A stretch of DNA of 53,318 nucleotides from IMG/VR virus record IMGVR_UViG_3300033463_000040, positions 1 through 53,318 of that record; one strand, 5' to 3'. A program made the position numbers and the translations under genes. The notes under the pieces are model-generated. The model was given only the letters and a program-made list of their open reading frames with translations. It had not been told where the DNA came from and did not search any database. The stretch is from a virus. Taxonomy: Duplodnaviria > Heunggongvirae > Uroviricota > Caudoviricetes. Below are positions 10,520-20,675 of the stretch, in pieces; the stretch's first letter is position 1; each line of letters begins with the position of its first letter.

Positions 10520-11704
10520 TTAACCTCCTAATGGTGGATCAAATGGAACTTCACCTATTTGATTTGGAACAAGGGGTGTTTGATATCCATCTGGGGATGA
10601 TTCTGGTAATTGTATTGGTTTACCATCACTGGCTTTTGGTTCAGCTAGCATATAATTTCTTAATGAATTTAATGGATTTGTAATTGTAGATAAATCTGAT
10701 TGTACTGTACCTTGACCTGCTTGCTTATCTGATCTAGCCCACAACATTTCACTATATACATCAGAAGTAAGCGCTTCTAAAGTACTTATTTTTAAACGTA
10801 CTTCAGCTAATAAAGGATGTAAATATTTATGACCTGTTTCACCAAATATTTCATCACCTTCATTTACATCATATTTATGCATAATTTGAGCTTTTGTATT
10901 AGGATAATTTACTGCTACACTTTCAATAATACAATTATCAACTAATAAAATACCTCCTAATTGTAATATAATCCTTGCTTTATTTGCAACACTCATTTCA
11001 AAGTCTTCAGGTCTATTTGAACCTTCCCAGAATCTAGTATAGTGTAATTTATAAGATAGTGAAGAAGGAGGAGGTGTATAAAATCCCATACTATCTTCAC
11101 TGCTATATCTTGGTAAACATAATGAACCAAGAATTTCTAAAGCTTCGACTAAATTTGTGCCAGAATTACTATTTGTATCGTCTAATACAGGAATAGTTAA
11201 TTCTAAAGATAATGGTTCTGTTTTTTGCCATACTTTAAGACTTGAAACACGTAATGTACCAGAAGGAATGATTTTTCTATCTGAATCAAGTACTTGTGAA
11301 CCCATTTGTATTAATAAATTAGTTGCAGCATCACCAAAATCTAAAGGGGCTTCCCATTTAGAATTTAATGCATAACTAACTTTTTCTGGTAAGTTAGATA
11401 CAATCATAACCTGTTGATCTAATGCTTTATTATGATGATTAGTTTTTCCATATTGTATATATAAACGCATTTGATGGAAATGGCGAAAACGTTCATCAGC
11501 ATAATCAGTGCTATTACTCTTATCTTGACCATAAATTGAAACATCAGAAAAATCCAATGCTTTAAACATAGAAGGTACTACACCAGAGTGATATGTTTTA
11601 TGAAACTTATCCATTTCGGTAACTAATGCATGTGGATCTATACTTTGCTTTTTAGTTTTAGTTTCTGTTGCAGTTTTTGCTTCTGTTGGTCCTATTGTTG
11701 CCAT
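10520..11704 (-). CDS. Baseplate-tail tube junction protein (gp48/gp54-like)
   Basis: Lies between tape measure and gp53-like genes; LQLGGILLVDNCIIESVAVNY tube-fold-like segment. Confidence 0.45.
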   Translation of the reverse strand: MATIGPTEAKTATETKTKKQSIDPHALVTEMDKFHKTYHSGVVPSMFKALDFSDVSIYGQDKSNSTDYADERFRHFHQMRLYIQYGKTNHHNKALDQQVMIVSNLPEKVSYALNSKWEAPLDFGDAATNLLIQMGSQVLDSDRKIIPSGTLRVSSLKVWQKTEPLSLELTIPVLDDTNSNSGTNLVEALEILGSLCLPRYSSEDSMGFYTPPPSSLSYKLHYTRFWEGSNRPEDFEMSVANKARIILQLGGILLVDNCIIESVAVNYPNTKAQIMHKYDVNEGDEIFGETGHKYLHPLLAEVRLKISTLEALTSDVYSEMLWARSDKQAGQGTVQSDLSTITNPLNSLRNYMLAEPKASDGKPIQLPESSPDGYQTPLVPNQIGEVPFDPPLGG

Positions 11705-11707
11705 AGT

Positions 11708-13540
11708 TTATCTACCTTTATTTAATACATAACTGATGGAAGGTACACCAATATTATTCATGTTTCCAGACATATCGACAGCTTGACCAGTTTTTGGATC
11801 GATATTTGATCTAAATTGACTCCACCAGCTATCTGGATTAAATTCTCTAGCTAGTAAATCATAAATTCTGTCTAAAATAGTGTTTGTATTATGTGCTTCT
11901 GTTTTTACATCTTCTATTGGTGATTTTTGATCTGCTGTTAAATCGGTTCTATTCATAGTAGAGTCAATTTCATAAATTTGCTCATCTTTTCTAATAGGTG
12001 TAGTAAAACCAAATCCTTGATTAGCCCATTGTTGCATAGCAGGATTAGTTAAATCAAATGTAGAACCTTTAGATGAATAATATAAACCTTTTGCTGCAAG
12101 TCTATCATATTTTGCATCTATACCTTTATTAACAAGCCAATCCATTCCAAATAATCCACCAATACCACCGATAAGTGCGCCTGCAGGAACTGTAAACCAT
12201 GCAGAAGGTCCTCCTAATGCACCTATTGCACCACCTATTTTTGCACCTCCCCAAGCTCCTGCCATTCTAGCTGCAAATCCACCTAGTGCTTTATCTTCAT
12301 CCTTTTGAGTTGATGCATTAAAATAGTTATATCCTGAAATTCCTGCATCGAGTGCTATACCTGCTATTGAAGCAAGTTGTAATAGTTTACTAGCGCCGAC
12401 TAAACTACTTGCAATAATTCCACCCTCTGTAGTTCCTAACAAGGCTCTTAAACCGCCTTTCATTCTAGTAATAGGAACACCATTCTTAGTTTTAGGTAAT
12501 AGACTTTCTACCCAAGTGTATTTACCCTTGCGTATTCCTGATTCCGCAGCCTTTCCAATTCTACCTTGTTCTTCAAGAGTAAAGTTATTTTTTATATATG
12601 AATTTGTTCCAGTTAAATTAGCACGAGCTTCTTTTAATCTAGTAATTTGTTCTGTGGACATACCTTTTTTCTTAGCTAGAGCATCAATATTTTCATCCGC
12701 TTTGTATGCAAAAGCTCTTTCAGAAGGAGTAAATCTACCAGTTTCTTCTTGCCATCTAATTGTATCATTTATACTTCTTTCTATTGCAGATATAGATTTT
12801 CTTTGATTTACAGCAGATCTTTTAGCTATTCCGGCTCCTTTTTTTGCTCCTTCTACAACATTTTTTGCTCCAGTACCTACTGCACCTGCAAAAGTTTCTG
12901 GTTCTTCGTCTAAATCTATATGAAGCCTTTCTGCAATTTTACGTACGGCCATAGAAATTCCTCTAAGTAAAACTACCCCTGCTGCAATTTTACCTAGCGT
13001 ACCTATATTTAATAGTATAAATTTACCTAGTTTTGCCAAAAAACTTTCTCTTTTTTCTTTGTCTCCGATTTGTTGAGTAGAATTCTTTTTCCAAAAAGCT
13101 AAATATCCAATTATTTTATCTAAACGATTTGTAACAGGAGCTTGTTTATTAGCTTCTATTGCCGAACCTATTTTATTGTCTTTGTCACTTTTAAATAAAC
13201 CAGTAACTTTATTCCAACTATGTTTAGTAATTGTATGAATAACTTTATCAATACTTAATTTTTCAATAAGAGCAGGTGAAATACCCGTTATACCACCAAG
13301 TGCAATTTGTCTAAACTCATTAATTGATTTGTTTTTACTTAATTCTTGTGCAATTTCCTTAGCCAATGCTTTTTTATTATTGGTATCATCTTTAGTAGTT
13401 GTAGTAGTTTTAGTAGAAGCAGTTTTAGAAGATAAAAGTTCATTGGTTTGCTTTAAAGTTTTAAGCAATTCTTCAAAGTTTGATTTTAATACTAGTATAT
13501 TTTTACTACTATCATCATTAGTTGTTTTTATCTTCACCAT
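11708..13540 (-). CDS. Tape measure protein
   Basis: 610 aa, helical and Ala/Gly-rich with GAWGGAKIGGAIGALGG...GALIGGIGGLFG hydrophobic repeats; follows the tail chaperone. Confidence 0.65.
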   Translation of the reverse strand: MVKIKTTNDDSSKNILVLKSNFEELLKTLKQTNELLSSKTASTKTTTTTKDDTNNKKALAKEIAQELSKNKSINEFRQIALGGITGISPALIEKLSIDKVIHTITKHSWNKVTGLFKSDKDNKIGSAIEANKQAPVTNRLDKIIGYLAFWKKNSTQQIGDKEKRESFLAKLGKFILLNIGTLGKIAAGVVLLRGISMAVRKIAERLHIDLDEEPETFAGAVGTGAKNVVEGAKKGAGIAKRSAVNQRKSISAIERSINDTIRWQEETGRFTPSERAFAYKADENIDALAKKKGMSTEQITRLKEARANLTGTNSYIKNNFTLEEQGRIGKAAESGIRKGKYTWVESLLPKTKNGVPITRMKGGLRALLGTTEGGIIASSLVGASKLLQLASIAGIALDAGISGYNYFNASTQKDEDKALGGFAARMAGAWGGAKIGGAIGALGGPSAWFTVPAGALIGGIGGLFGMDWLVNKGIDAKYDRLAAKGLYYSSKGSTFDLTNPAMQQWANQGFGFTTPIRKDEQIYEIDSTMNRTDLTADQKSPIEDVKTEAHNTNTILDRIYDLLAREFNPDSWWSQFRSNIDPKTGQAVDMSGNMNNIGVPSISYVLNKGR

Positions 13541-13551
13541 GATTACTTCTC

Positions 13552-13734
13552 TTATATAAACTTATTAAGTCGTTCTTCTTGTTTCTTTTGTTCATCAATT
13601 AACTGTTGTAAATGCCTGTTATATAACCATTCTATAACTTCCCATGGAGTATTCATTAATTCTTCATAGGAAAGATGTAATTGATATACTAACCAATATA
13701 ATCTTTCATTTATATCAGTCTCAGTAAACAACGG
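13552..13734 (-). CDS. 60-codon tail assembly chaperone C-terminal module (T-like / gp51-like), probably reached by frameshift
   Basis: Not in the ORF track. PLFTETDINERLYWLVYQLHLSYEELMNTPWEVIEWLYNRHLQQLIDEQKKQEERLNKFI*; fills the gap before the tape measure gene, has no ATG at its 5' end and an in-frame TAG just upstream. Confidence 0.7.
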   Translation of the reverse strand, partial: PLFTETDINERLYWLVYQLHLSYEELMNTPWEVIEWLYNRHLQQLIDEQKKQEERLNKFI

Positions 13735-14443
13735 AAAAAAAGTCCTCTATAGATAACATGTATCCTCTAGAGACCTCCTTTCCACAATGGTTACATTTGA
13801 TATTGATATTTTCATCAATACCCCAAACTTCTTTACTTATCCACTCTTCTATTTGTGCAATATCTGAAGCTGTAATATCGCCTTGCTCAGCTAAAGCATA
13901 CATTTCTTCTAATGATTTACCGTTAGAAATTAAACATAAATCAATTAATAATAATCTAGCTTGTATATCAGTTTCATCTAATTTACGACGTTTCATAAAA
14001 GCTTCGATCATTAAATCATCTTTAACTGTTTTATGACGGATTCTAGTTTCACCTAATACGTCTAAATTAATAGTATAAACAGGTTTACTCGGTTCATCAA
14101 TTTTTAATGCACCAATATCTAAATCTACTTTGATCTCGTTTCCACAATCATCACAAGTGAAACCTAGCTTAATAGGATATTTAGCATAAGTTAAATAGCG
14201 AATTTTATAAAGTAAATATTGAACGTCATACCAATATAAATCTTCAAAAGTAACTTCTGGATTATCAATAACTACTAATTTTTTTAAAAAATCAAAATAA
14301 TCCTTAGTAGTTTTTTGTTCCTTTTGAGATAGTGATAAGATGTATTTTTGTTCAATTGGGGTAATACTTCTTATTGAAACATTAAATTGTTTTTCATAAG
14401 CAATCTTACCCGGTAGATCCGTAGCTTTATATTCTATAGCCAT
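13721..14443 (-). CDS. Tail/baseplate hub assembly chaperone, T4 gp26-like
   Basis: SIRSITPIEQKYIL, DVQYLLYKIRYLTY, two CxxC pairs (CDDC, CNHC), ends LSIEDFF. Confidence 0.7.
   Translation of the reverse strand: MAIEYKATDLPGKIAYEKQFNVSIRSITPIEQKYILSLSQKEQKTTKDYFDFLKKLVVIDNPEVTFEDLYWYDVQYLLYKIRYLTYAKYPIKLGFTCDDCGNEIKVDLDIGALKIDEPSKPVYTINLDVLGETRIRHKTVKDDLMIEAFMKRRKLDETDIQARLLLIDLCLISNGKSLEEMYALAEQGDITASDIAQIEEWISKEVWGIDENINIKCNHCGKEVSRGYMLSIEDFFSVVY
13735..13748 (-). promoter_or_regulatory. Candidate +1 ribosomal frameshift site (AGAGGAC-UUU-UUU-U-CCG)
   Basis: U7 run in the last codons of the gp26-like gene, immediately preceded by SD-like AGAGGA; the +1 frame opens the 60-codon ORF. Confidence 0.55.
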
Positions 14444-14458
14444 TTATTTACTCCTTTT

Positions 14459-15214
14459 TTAATTTTTACTCGTACTTTTTATTCTTCCACCATAAGTAGC
14501 AGATATATCATATTCTGATTCACTTGTTAAACCAGATAATACATTACCTATCATAGCTGATGGAGAAGAAATAAGACTTCCCGCACTTGATTTTGGTGTT
14601 TCTGTTTTAATGTTATCTACTTTAAACCAAGCTAATATACGCATTCTTTTTGGATCATCTGTATATTGTAATTCAAAATCTTGTTCTTTATATGGAAAAC
14701 ATCCTTGTAAAGTATATCTAGATTGTGTGTTTAAATAATTATTTAATAAGCCTAGTCCATTACCAACTACACCTGAACCTCCTGGACCATATACAATTAC
14801 TTCAATATTCTTCTTATATAATCTAAATGAATTATAATATTCACCAGCATCATTAAACATTAATCTACGCCAGGCTTCTAAGTAATGCTGTGTTTCCATA
14901 GTAGATGGACAAAACATTGTAAGCTTAACATCATGATAGCTTTCAATATCACGAGGAACATTATACCAACCTGTACGAATACGGCGTGTGTCTGTAGTAA
15001 AATTTTTAAAACCGAATGTAATTTCTTCTACAATTGGACGATACTTCATACCTGTTATAGATGACCAAAAACTTCGTCCTGAATTTGCTTCGATTGTATT
15101 ATTTCTAGGTACATAAGTTAAATCTAATTCAGGCATAATAACTTCAAACTGATCATTAAGCTGTTCATCAGGTAAATTATCAATATTAAGTTGGCTTGTA
15201 AATCTTAATGACAT
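14459..15214 (-). CDS. Tail tube-like protein (gp19/gp54 family)
   Basis: NDQFEVIMP, YLEAWRRLM...YYN...YKKNIEV, YTLQGCFPY pattern. Confidence 0.6.
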   Translation of the reverse strand: MSLRFTSQLNIDNLPDEQLNDQFEVIMPELDLTYVPRNNTIEANSGRSFWSSITGMKYRPIVEEITFGFKNFTTDTRRIRTGWYNVPRDIESYHDVKLTMFCPSTMETQHYLEAWRRLMFNDAGEYYNSFRLYKKNIEVIVYGPGGSGVVGNGLGLLNNYLNTQSRYTLQGCFPYKEQDFELQYTDDPKRMRILAWFKVDNIKTETPKSSAGSLISSPSAMIGNVLSGLTSESEYDISATYGGRIKSTSKN

Positions 15215-15228
15215 ATTATTTTATACCT

Positions 15229-15864
15229 TTATGTTAAACTTAGTGCAGATATACTTGTAGCTGTTTCAGTCCACCAATCATAATTAAATTTAACTTCTAT
15301 TTCTACTGGAGCCGAACTACTTGCATCAATTTGACCTACTGTATATTCTATTGGATAAAAACCTTTTAACCAAATATTTCTAGTAATGTTTTGATTATCT
15401 TTCATATCCTTTAATGCCGGTAAAAATTCTACTACACAACTAGATACATAATAACTAGAAGGAATTCTTGTACCTACCATGGGATTATGAATTAAATCAC
15501 ACCATGATTGTATTATATTAAGTACTCCTCCGTTTTGATCTTCTGTAATTTTGCAAGCCCAAACGCCTGATTTATTTTGAATAGTACCTAATTTACGACG
15601 AAATCCAGCGATAGTTGTACTACTTTGACCTAGTTTAGTACCAGGATAAGTAAAAGATGTACAACGTAATTCTAAGGTTTCAGCATGTACTGTTGATTTA
15701 TTTTCACCTCTATTATCACTCATCCAACTTGTAAGAGCATCTGATGTTTTTTGTTGAAGTTTAGCTAATTTCATAGCAGGGCATTCAGATATAGTAAATT
15801 TAACCTGAAACTGTCTTAGTGGATCATTTAAATTACGAATTTCATTTAATGTATGTAATGCCAT
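15229..15864 (-). CDS. Tail tube-like protein (gp19 family)
   Basis: DPLRQFQVKFT, LRCTSFTYPG, IWLKGFYPIEYTVGQID...EIEVKFNYDWW, typical of gp19-like tubes. Confidence 0.7.
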   Translation of the reverse strand: MALHTLNEIRNLNDPLRQFQVKFTISECPAMKLAKLQQKTSDALTSWMSDNRGENKSTVHAETLELRCTSFTYPGTKLGQSSTTIAGFRRKLGTIQNKSGVWACKITEDQNGGVLNIIQSWCDLIHNPMVGTRIPSSYYVSSCVVEFLPALKDMKDNQNITRNIWLKGFYPIEYTVGQIDASSSAPVEIEVKFNYDWWTETATSISALSLT

Positions 15865-15913
15865 GATAAATATATACCGGGGATTGTTTATGTATTAAAA
15901 ATATATTATCTTT

Positions 15914-15925
15914 TAATAATAGAAC
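15914..15925 (-). promoter_or_regulatory. Phage-specific promoter motif GTTCTA
   Basis: Minus-strand GTTCTATTATTA in the gap between terL and the tube gene. Confidence 0.55.
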
Positions 15926-15937
15926 TACTATAATTGT

Positions 15938-17971
15938 TTACAAATCAATTAATTCTTCTTGTTCTGTATTTATATATTTATCATATTGAATTTCTTTCTG
16001 AATTTCTTCTTTTTCATAATATTCATTTTGCGGTACATCTAAATAGTTCATTTGAGCATTAAATATAGCACCTACTAGTACATCTGCTCCATCTTTTAAT
16101 TGAGTAGTCCTTGTTACTTTACCTCTATCAATGATTAAAGCTTCTAGTTCTCTTTTAAGCTTTTCACATTGACCTACTTTAACTTTTCCATTTTCTATTA
16201 AAGCAGCTGCATTTAAATATGGATCTAATTTAACGTCTACAGATACTTTTTCTACTTTATCAAAGAGCTTAGATTGTTCCCAATTATTTAATGTTAAAGC
16301 AGATTGAAATTGATCGCAAGATATAGTATGAATAGGTATATGTCCTCTTGTAACTAATTCCATAGCAAAGTTTTGTACTGCATCTAGATCTGTCATATTT
16401 TTAGCTGTTACATATATAATAAAATCAACTACATACATTGTTTCTTTTTCTCTAGTTATTTCATTGATTTTATATTCTTTATGCAACATACAAATACCTG
16501 TATCACATTCACCAGTACTTGACAAATCAAAATGCATATATCTTGGTACACCAGGGCATCTTCTTAAACGCCATTCATCTTTCATACCTTCTTTTATGAA
16601 TATCTTATCTAAAGGTAAACTATCAAATATATTTACATTATCTTTTAAATTAGCTTCTATAGTTAATTCGGGTATAAGATTAATATTTTCTAATTGAGTA
16701 GTATCTCTAAATACAATTCCTTGATCTTGTGTACTAATACCTAAAATATCTTGAATAGACTGATCTAAATCTGCCTCAAAAGAAGGTCTATAAATAGCAG
16801 GTACTCTAGCAATTTCACATCCAGAGACTAAATCATAATCTAATAACCCTAACCTATGATCATCATGTTCATCTTCATAATTTTTTAATTGAGCTAATTC
16901 ACCTGGATCTGTTATAATTTTACTTGGAATACTACCATTTCCTGCCATTACATAGAAATAATCATTACTATTTCCTATAAATTCTTCTGATGTTTTAACT
17001 TCAAATCGCATAGGTCTAAGATATAAGAATTTAGGATCTTTACACCATTTTTTATTATATTCAGATGTAACTGAGTTTTTAGCACGAGCAGATGACATAA
17101 CCGCTTGGAATGTAAAAGGTGAACCCATAAAACGACCATCAACACGACCATCTATAGAGTTAATCAATTCCATACCTTCTTCTGTACCTTTTTCATTCAT
17201 TTCGTCGCATTCTGAAATGAGAATGTCATAACCTACAGTATTAGATATTTGAGAACCTAGTGTTAATATGATATTATCTGGAAATATAATAGTCATATTA
17301 CTTTTATCTACATACCAAGGTACAGGGACTTTGGGATTAGTTAGATCAAAGTTTTCAAAAGCTCGGGCTTGTCTTACTCTTTGGAAGCAAGGCATATTAC
17401 TTAATAATTCAATGAATGGTTGGAATAATACTTGATAAGCAGTTTTTTGTGTAACCGATAAAATAAACATAGCAAGTGTAGATTGTGCTTCAACTTTTAA
17501 TATTTGTCTTGGATAACGTAAACATAATAAACGATATAAAGCATATACACATGCTTTTTCAGCAGTTCTTGATTTACCAGTACCTGTAGCTCCACCAAAT
17601 AATACCTTTTTCATTGGATGATCTGGGTTAAATATTTCACATAATTTCTTACGCCAATATGGATATATAGTACCAGATATATTTCCCATATAAAAAGGAT
17701 TATCTAGAAATTCTTCTATTGTAGGGCAAGGTCTTCTATAAATAAGATTATCAATATTTTTAACTAATTCTTCATCTTGATTAGTAATATATAAATATAA
17801 AGATAATCTTTGATTTAATAAAGATTGATTTTTAATTTGATCGTTTGAATAGTTTTCCATATAATATTGAAAAATTTCATCAAACAAAGGTGAAAATAAT
17901 ACCTCTTGAAAGGTTTCAGAGTTATCAAATGGAACAATAGGAAGAGCTGCTAATTTTTCTTCAATTGTCAT
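15938..17971 (-). CDS. terL: Terminase large subunit
   Basis: Walker A GGATGTGKS, Walker B ILISECDE, RNase H acidic residues HFDLSSTGECDTG, SCDQFQS, KDGAD. Confidence 0.85.
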   Translation of the reverse strand: MTIEEKLAALPIVPFDNSETFQEVLFSPLFDEIFQYYMENYSNDQIKNQSLLNQRLSLYLYITNQDEELVKNIDNLIYRRPCPTIEEFLDNPFYMGNISGTIYPYWRKKLCEIFNPDHPMKKVLFGGATGTGKSRTAEKACVYALYRLLCLRYPRQILKVEAQSTLAMFILSVTQKTAYQVLFQPFIELLSNMPCFQRVRQARAFENFDLTNPKVPVPWYVDKSNMTIIFPDNIILTLGSQISNTVGYDILISECDEMNEKGTEEGMELINSIDGRVDGRFMGSPFTFQAVMSSARAKNSVTSEYNKKWCKDPKFLYLRPMRFEVKTSEEFIGNSNDYFYVMAGNGSIPSKIITDPGELAQLKNYEDEHDDHRLGLLDYDLVSGCEIARVPAIYRPSFEADLDQSIQDILGISTQDQGIVFRDTTQLENINLIPELTIEANLKDNVNIFDSLPLDKIFIKEGMKDEWRLRRCPGVPRYMHFDLSSTGECDTGICMLHKEYKINEITREKETMYVVDFIIYVTAKNMTDLDAVQNFAMELVTRGHIPIHTISCDQFQSALTLNNWEQSKLFDKVEKVSVDVKLDPYLNAAALIENGKVKVGQCEKLKRELEALIIDRGKVTRTTQLKDGADVLVGAIFNAQMNYLDVPQNEYYEKEEIQKEIQYDKYINTEQEELIDL

Positions 17972-18663
17972 TATTTACTTGTGCCTTCTACATCAATAGG
18001 TGTGACTTTTTTAGGTGCTCTTTTCCAAGTATCAATAGCATTACTTAAATTGTTTAATGTGTCTAAATTTTGTACTGGAGCTGAACCTGTACCAATATTT
18101 AGGCTTGGATTATTAATAGAAGCACCTTCTGCTGTAGCATTATTAATAGTCAAATTAATACCCCCTTGACCACTATTTCCAGGTATACTTCCGGAATTAC
18201 CTGACATTTTAGCCAAAGCTTGTTGAGCATCGATCGCTGATACTTCAGTTAAATCATTATAAATCTTAGCTTGAGTTTCTAAATCTAATACATCAATATT
18301 TTGAATGAGATTTAATAATAATTTATTTTTTAAAGTTTCAGCAGTAGTATTATTCATCATACGAGATTGAATAAAGTTAGTACAAGTGGCTTGAATAACC
18401 TTATTCTGCATTTCTATTGTTTCATCATTTTGAATTTGTGCAAGAATAGCAGCAGTTTTATTCAATTCTACTAATGCACCAAGCATAGTTTTATTTTCTT
18501 CTTTTAAACTACTGTTCGCAACGATACTTTCTTGTTCTTCCAAAGAAGGGAGAGGTGGTTCTTCAATAGTAGCAATATCTGTACCTGGAATTTCTTCAGG
18601 TATTTCATCTACAAATACATCATCACCAGTCCATATTTTTGGTTGATCATCAATTTGTGGCAT
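17971..18663 (-). CDS. Hypothetical protein, possible terminase small subunit
   Basis: Directly upstream of terL with TAATG overlap; helical; function from position only. Confidence 0.35.
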   Translation of the reverse strand: MPQIDDQPKIWTGDDVFVDEIPEEIPGTDIATIEEPPLPSLEEQESIVANSSLKEENKTMLGALVELNKTAAILAQIQNDETIEMQNKVIQATCTNFIQSRMMNNTTAETLKNKLLLNLIQNIDVLDLETQAKIYNDLTEVSAIDAQQALAKMSGNSGSIPGNSGQGGINLTINNATAEGASINNPSLNIGTGSAPVQNLDTLNNLSNAIDTWKRAPKKVTPIDVEGTSK

Positions 18664-18688
18664 TATTTATTTCCTTTACTTCATTATA

Positions 18689-19171
18689 TTAATAATGACG
18701 GCTAGTCCATTTTTTACCTTGTACTGCCATTTCAATTCGTTTTTTAGTATTATTTCTATTACAATGAAGATAATTTCTTACATCAGCTCCATTTTTGTTC
18801 ATAAAAACACACCATTCATCAAAAATTTCTAATAAATGCTTCTCTTCTTCTTCTGTAATATTCATAAATTGACGAATATCTTTACTTTTAGCAGGAAGAT
18901 TTACATTTATATGTTTATGCATATCTAGATATGTATATTCTGCAGCTTGTAAACACTCTTTAAATTCTTTTATTGATGGTATTTTAATTGTCATACCATA
19001 AAATAGTCTAATTATTTTCATTATAAGGGCAGGATCTTGAACGATGCTCATTAATTCAAAGAAACCTGGATAACCCCGTGATTCTAACATACTTAAAGCA
19101 GTAAATACAAACTCAGAAGAGCTATATTCTTCATCTGAAACTTCAAAATATCCTCTAGGCTTTTTCTGCAT
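18689..19171 (-). CDS. Hypothetical protein, weak Mor-like regulator resemblance
   Basis: IMKIIRLFYGMTIKIPS segment; AGAG RBS-like sequence upstream. Confidence 0.4.
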   Translation of the reverse strand: MQKKPRGYFEVSDEEYSSSEFVFTALSMLESRGYPGFFELMSIVQDPALIMKIIRLFYGMTIKIPSIKEFKECLQAAEYTYLDMHKHINVNLPAKSKDIRQFMNITEEEEKHLLEIFDEWCVFMNKNGADVRNYLHCNRNNTKKRIEMAVQGKKWTSRHY

Positions 19172-19448
19172 TTTGTACTTTTCTCTTTATTCTTGTATAT
19201 TTGGCTGTAGAATGATGGTATTTTGTTTTCCATCCTTCTACTATAGGATATAATGAATATATCCAATAGTTAATTTGCATATTATCAGATGTAAATTTAG
19301 TATATTTATTTGGACTATTTAAAAACAGCTTAAGAATTGCTATTAACCAATATAATTCTTCTCTAGAAGATGAACAAGTATCAAAAGTATCTTCAATTAC
19401 TTCATATAATTCATCTAATTCTTTAAAAGAGGCTGTAATCTGGTCCAT
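19155..19448 (-). CDS. Hypothetical protein
   Basis: 97 aa ORF overlapping both neighbours. Confidence 0.5.
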   Translation of the reverse strand: MDQITASFKELDELYEVIEDTFDTCSSSREELYWLIAILKLFLNSPNKYTKFTSDNMQINYWIYSLYPIVEGWKTKYHHSTAKYTRIKRKVQNAEKA

Positions 19449-19695
19449 CTCTACATATTTTATAGACTTCCTTTATGTCTTCTTTACCTAATAATTCAAT
19501 TAATCCAAATTTTTTTCTTTCTAATTGCAATTGATTATTTTCATCTAGCTTTATTTTACCAAATAAAGTCTTTGCTTCACCTTCTTCAACAATTTCTTGT
19601 ACTGTTTCGGCTAAATATGAATATAATACTAAGCATACTGTTGATTCTGGTATATTTAAAGCTTCAGAAATGAGTTTTACTTTATTCTGCATCAT
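19423..19695 (-). CDS. HU/IHF-like DNA-binding protein (divergent)
   Basis: KLISEALNIPESTVCLVLYSYLAETVQEIVEEGEAKTLFGKI follows the HU helix-helix-G..FG pattern. Confidence 0.45.
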   Translation of the reverse strand: MMQNKVKLISEALNIPESTVCLVLYSYLAETVQEIVEEGEAKTLFGKIKLDENNQLQLERKKFGLIELLGKEDIKEVYKICRDGPDYSLF

Positions 19696-20080
19696 TTTCT
19701 TCGTTTAAAGCTCCTTGTTTGCGCAAATCTTTCAAATCAATATTATTTTGTTTAACATATGTTTCAATTTGTTCTTGTTCGCGTAATGATTTAATTGCTT
19801 CATTTGCTTTAGCCCACCACATATCATGTACTTCTTTCTTATTTTTGTATTCCATAGCCAAACAAGAAAATAATACAGTAGCTTCACGCCCATCTGGATA
19901 TTTAACTTTTTCACCTTCTAAATTTGTATCAGAATATTTAATTGGTGCAAAGTGAAATTTATTATCAATAGGATTTTTACCGGCGAGACCAATTAAATTC
20001 ATCCATACACCAGGTGTTTTTTCAGCCCAAGCTTGTTCAGTTAATCCTTCTGGAATTTCAATTGGTGTATTAGTAATCAT
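19682..20080 (-). CDS. Hypothetical protein
   Basis: Start moved to ATG at 20080, which has AGGAG upstream; the track used a TTG at 20110. Confidence 0.6.
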   Translation of the reverse strand: MITNTPIEIPEGLTEQAWAEKTPGVWMNLIGLAGKNPIDNKFHFAPIKYSDTNLEGEKVKYPDGREATVLFSCLAMEYKNKKEVHDMWWAKANEAIKSLREQEQIETYVKQNNIDLKDLRKQGALNEENDAE

Positions 20081-20091
20081 TATAACTCCTT

Positions 20092-20262
20092 TTAATCTTT
20101 TATTGTCCAATATGTAAGAGTATAGCGTACAGATTGTTTTATATGATCAAATACAGTATCGTATCTTAATACATCACTTGGCGCTATATTATTTTCTTTA
20201 ATATAGGTATTTAATTCATTTAGTGAACCTACCATAACCTCTTTAATTTTCCAATTAGACAT
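20092..20262 (-). CDS. Small hypothetical protein (56 aa)
   Basis: Not in the track. AAGGAG RBS then MSNWKIKEVMVGSLNELNTYIKENNIAPSDVLRYDTVFDHIKQSVRYTLTYWTIKD*. Confidence 0.65.
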   Translation of the reverse strand: MSNWKIKEVMVGSLNELNTYIKENNIAPSDVLRYDTVFDHIKQSVRYTLTYWTIKD

Positions 20263-20273
20263 AATTACTCCTT

Positions 20274-20675
20274 TTAATAAAAATTTTTAATGTCTGTTAG
20301 TTCTTTAAAACAACAAATATTATCTTTTCTTAGAATTTCGTCTGCCATATCTACTATATCATTTAATCCTTTTGATTCTCCTTTAAATAGAATCTTGTAT
20401 TCAGATATAATAGTTACTTTATCTTTATAGAATTTCTTAACTATATTTAATGCTCTTTCATATTTTGGTGTTAACCCTAATATTGCAATTTGTTTATCAA
20501 TTTTCCAATGTTCAAAAAAAGTATTATATAGTTTATAGTTATTTTTCCTTAGATTTATTATTTTATTTTTAGACAATCCATATTCGGCTGTTAATAAATC
20601 AAATGGAATTCCGAAAGCCAGTTTTATAAGTAATTCAACTTTTGTTTCTGGCTCTAGATTGGATTTTATAGCCAT
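20274..20675 (-). CDS. Putative helix-turn-helix protein
   Basis: KVELLIKLAFGIPFDLLTAEYGLSKNKIINLRK resembles an HTH. Confidence 0.45.
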   Translation of the reverse strand: MAIKSNLEPETKVELLIKLAFGIPFDLLTAEYGLSKNKIINLRKNNYKLYNTFFEHWKIDKQIAILGLTPKYERALNIVKKFYKDKVTIISEYKILFKGESKGLNDIVDMADEILRKDNICCFKELTDIKNFY

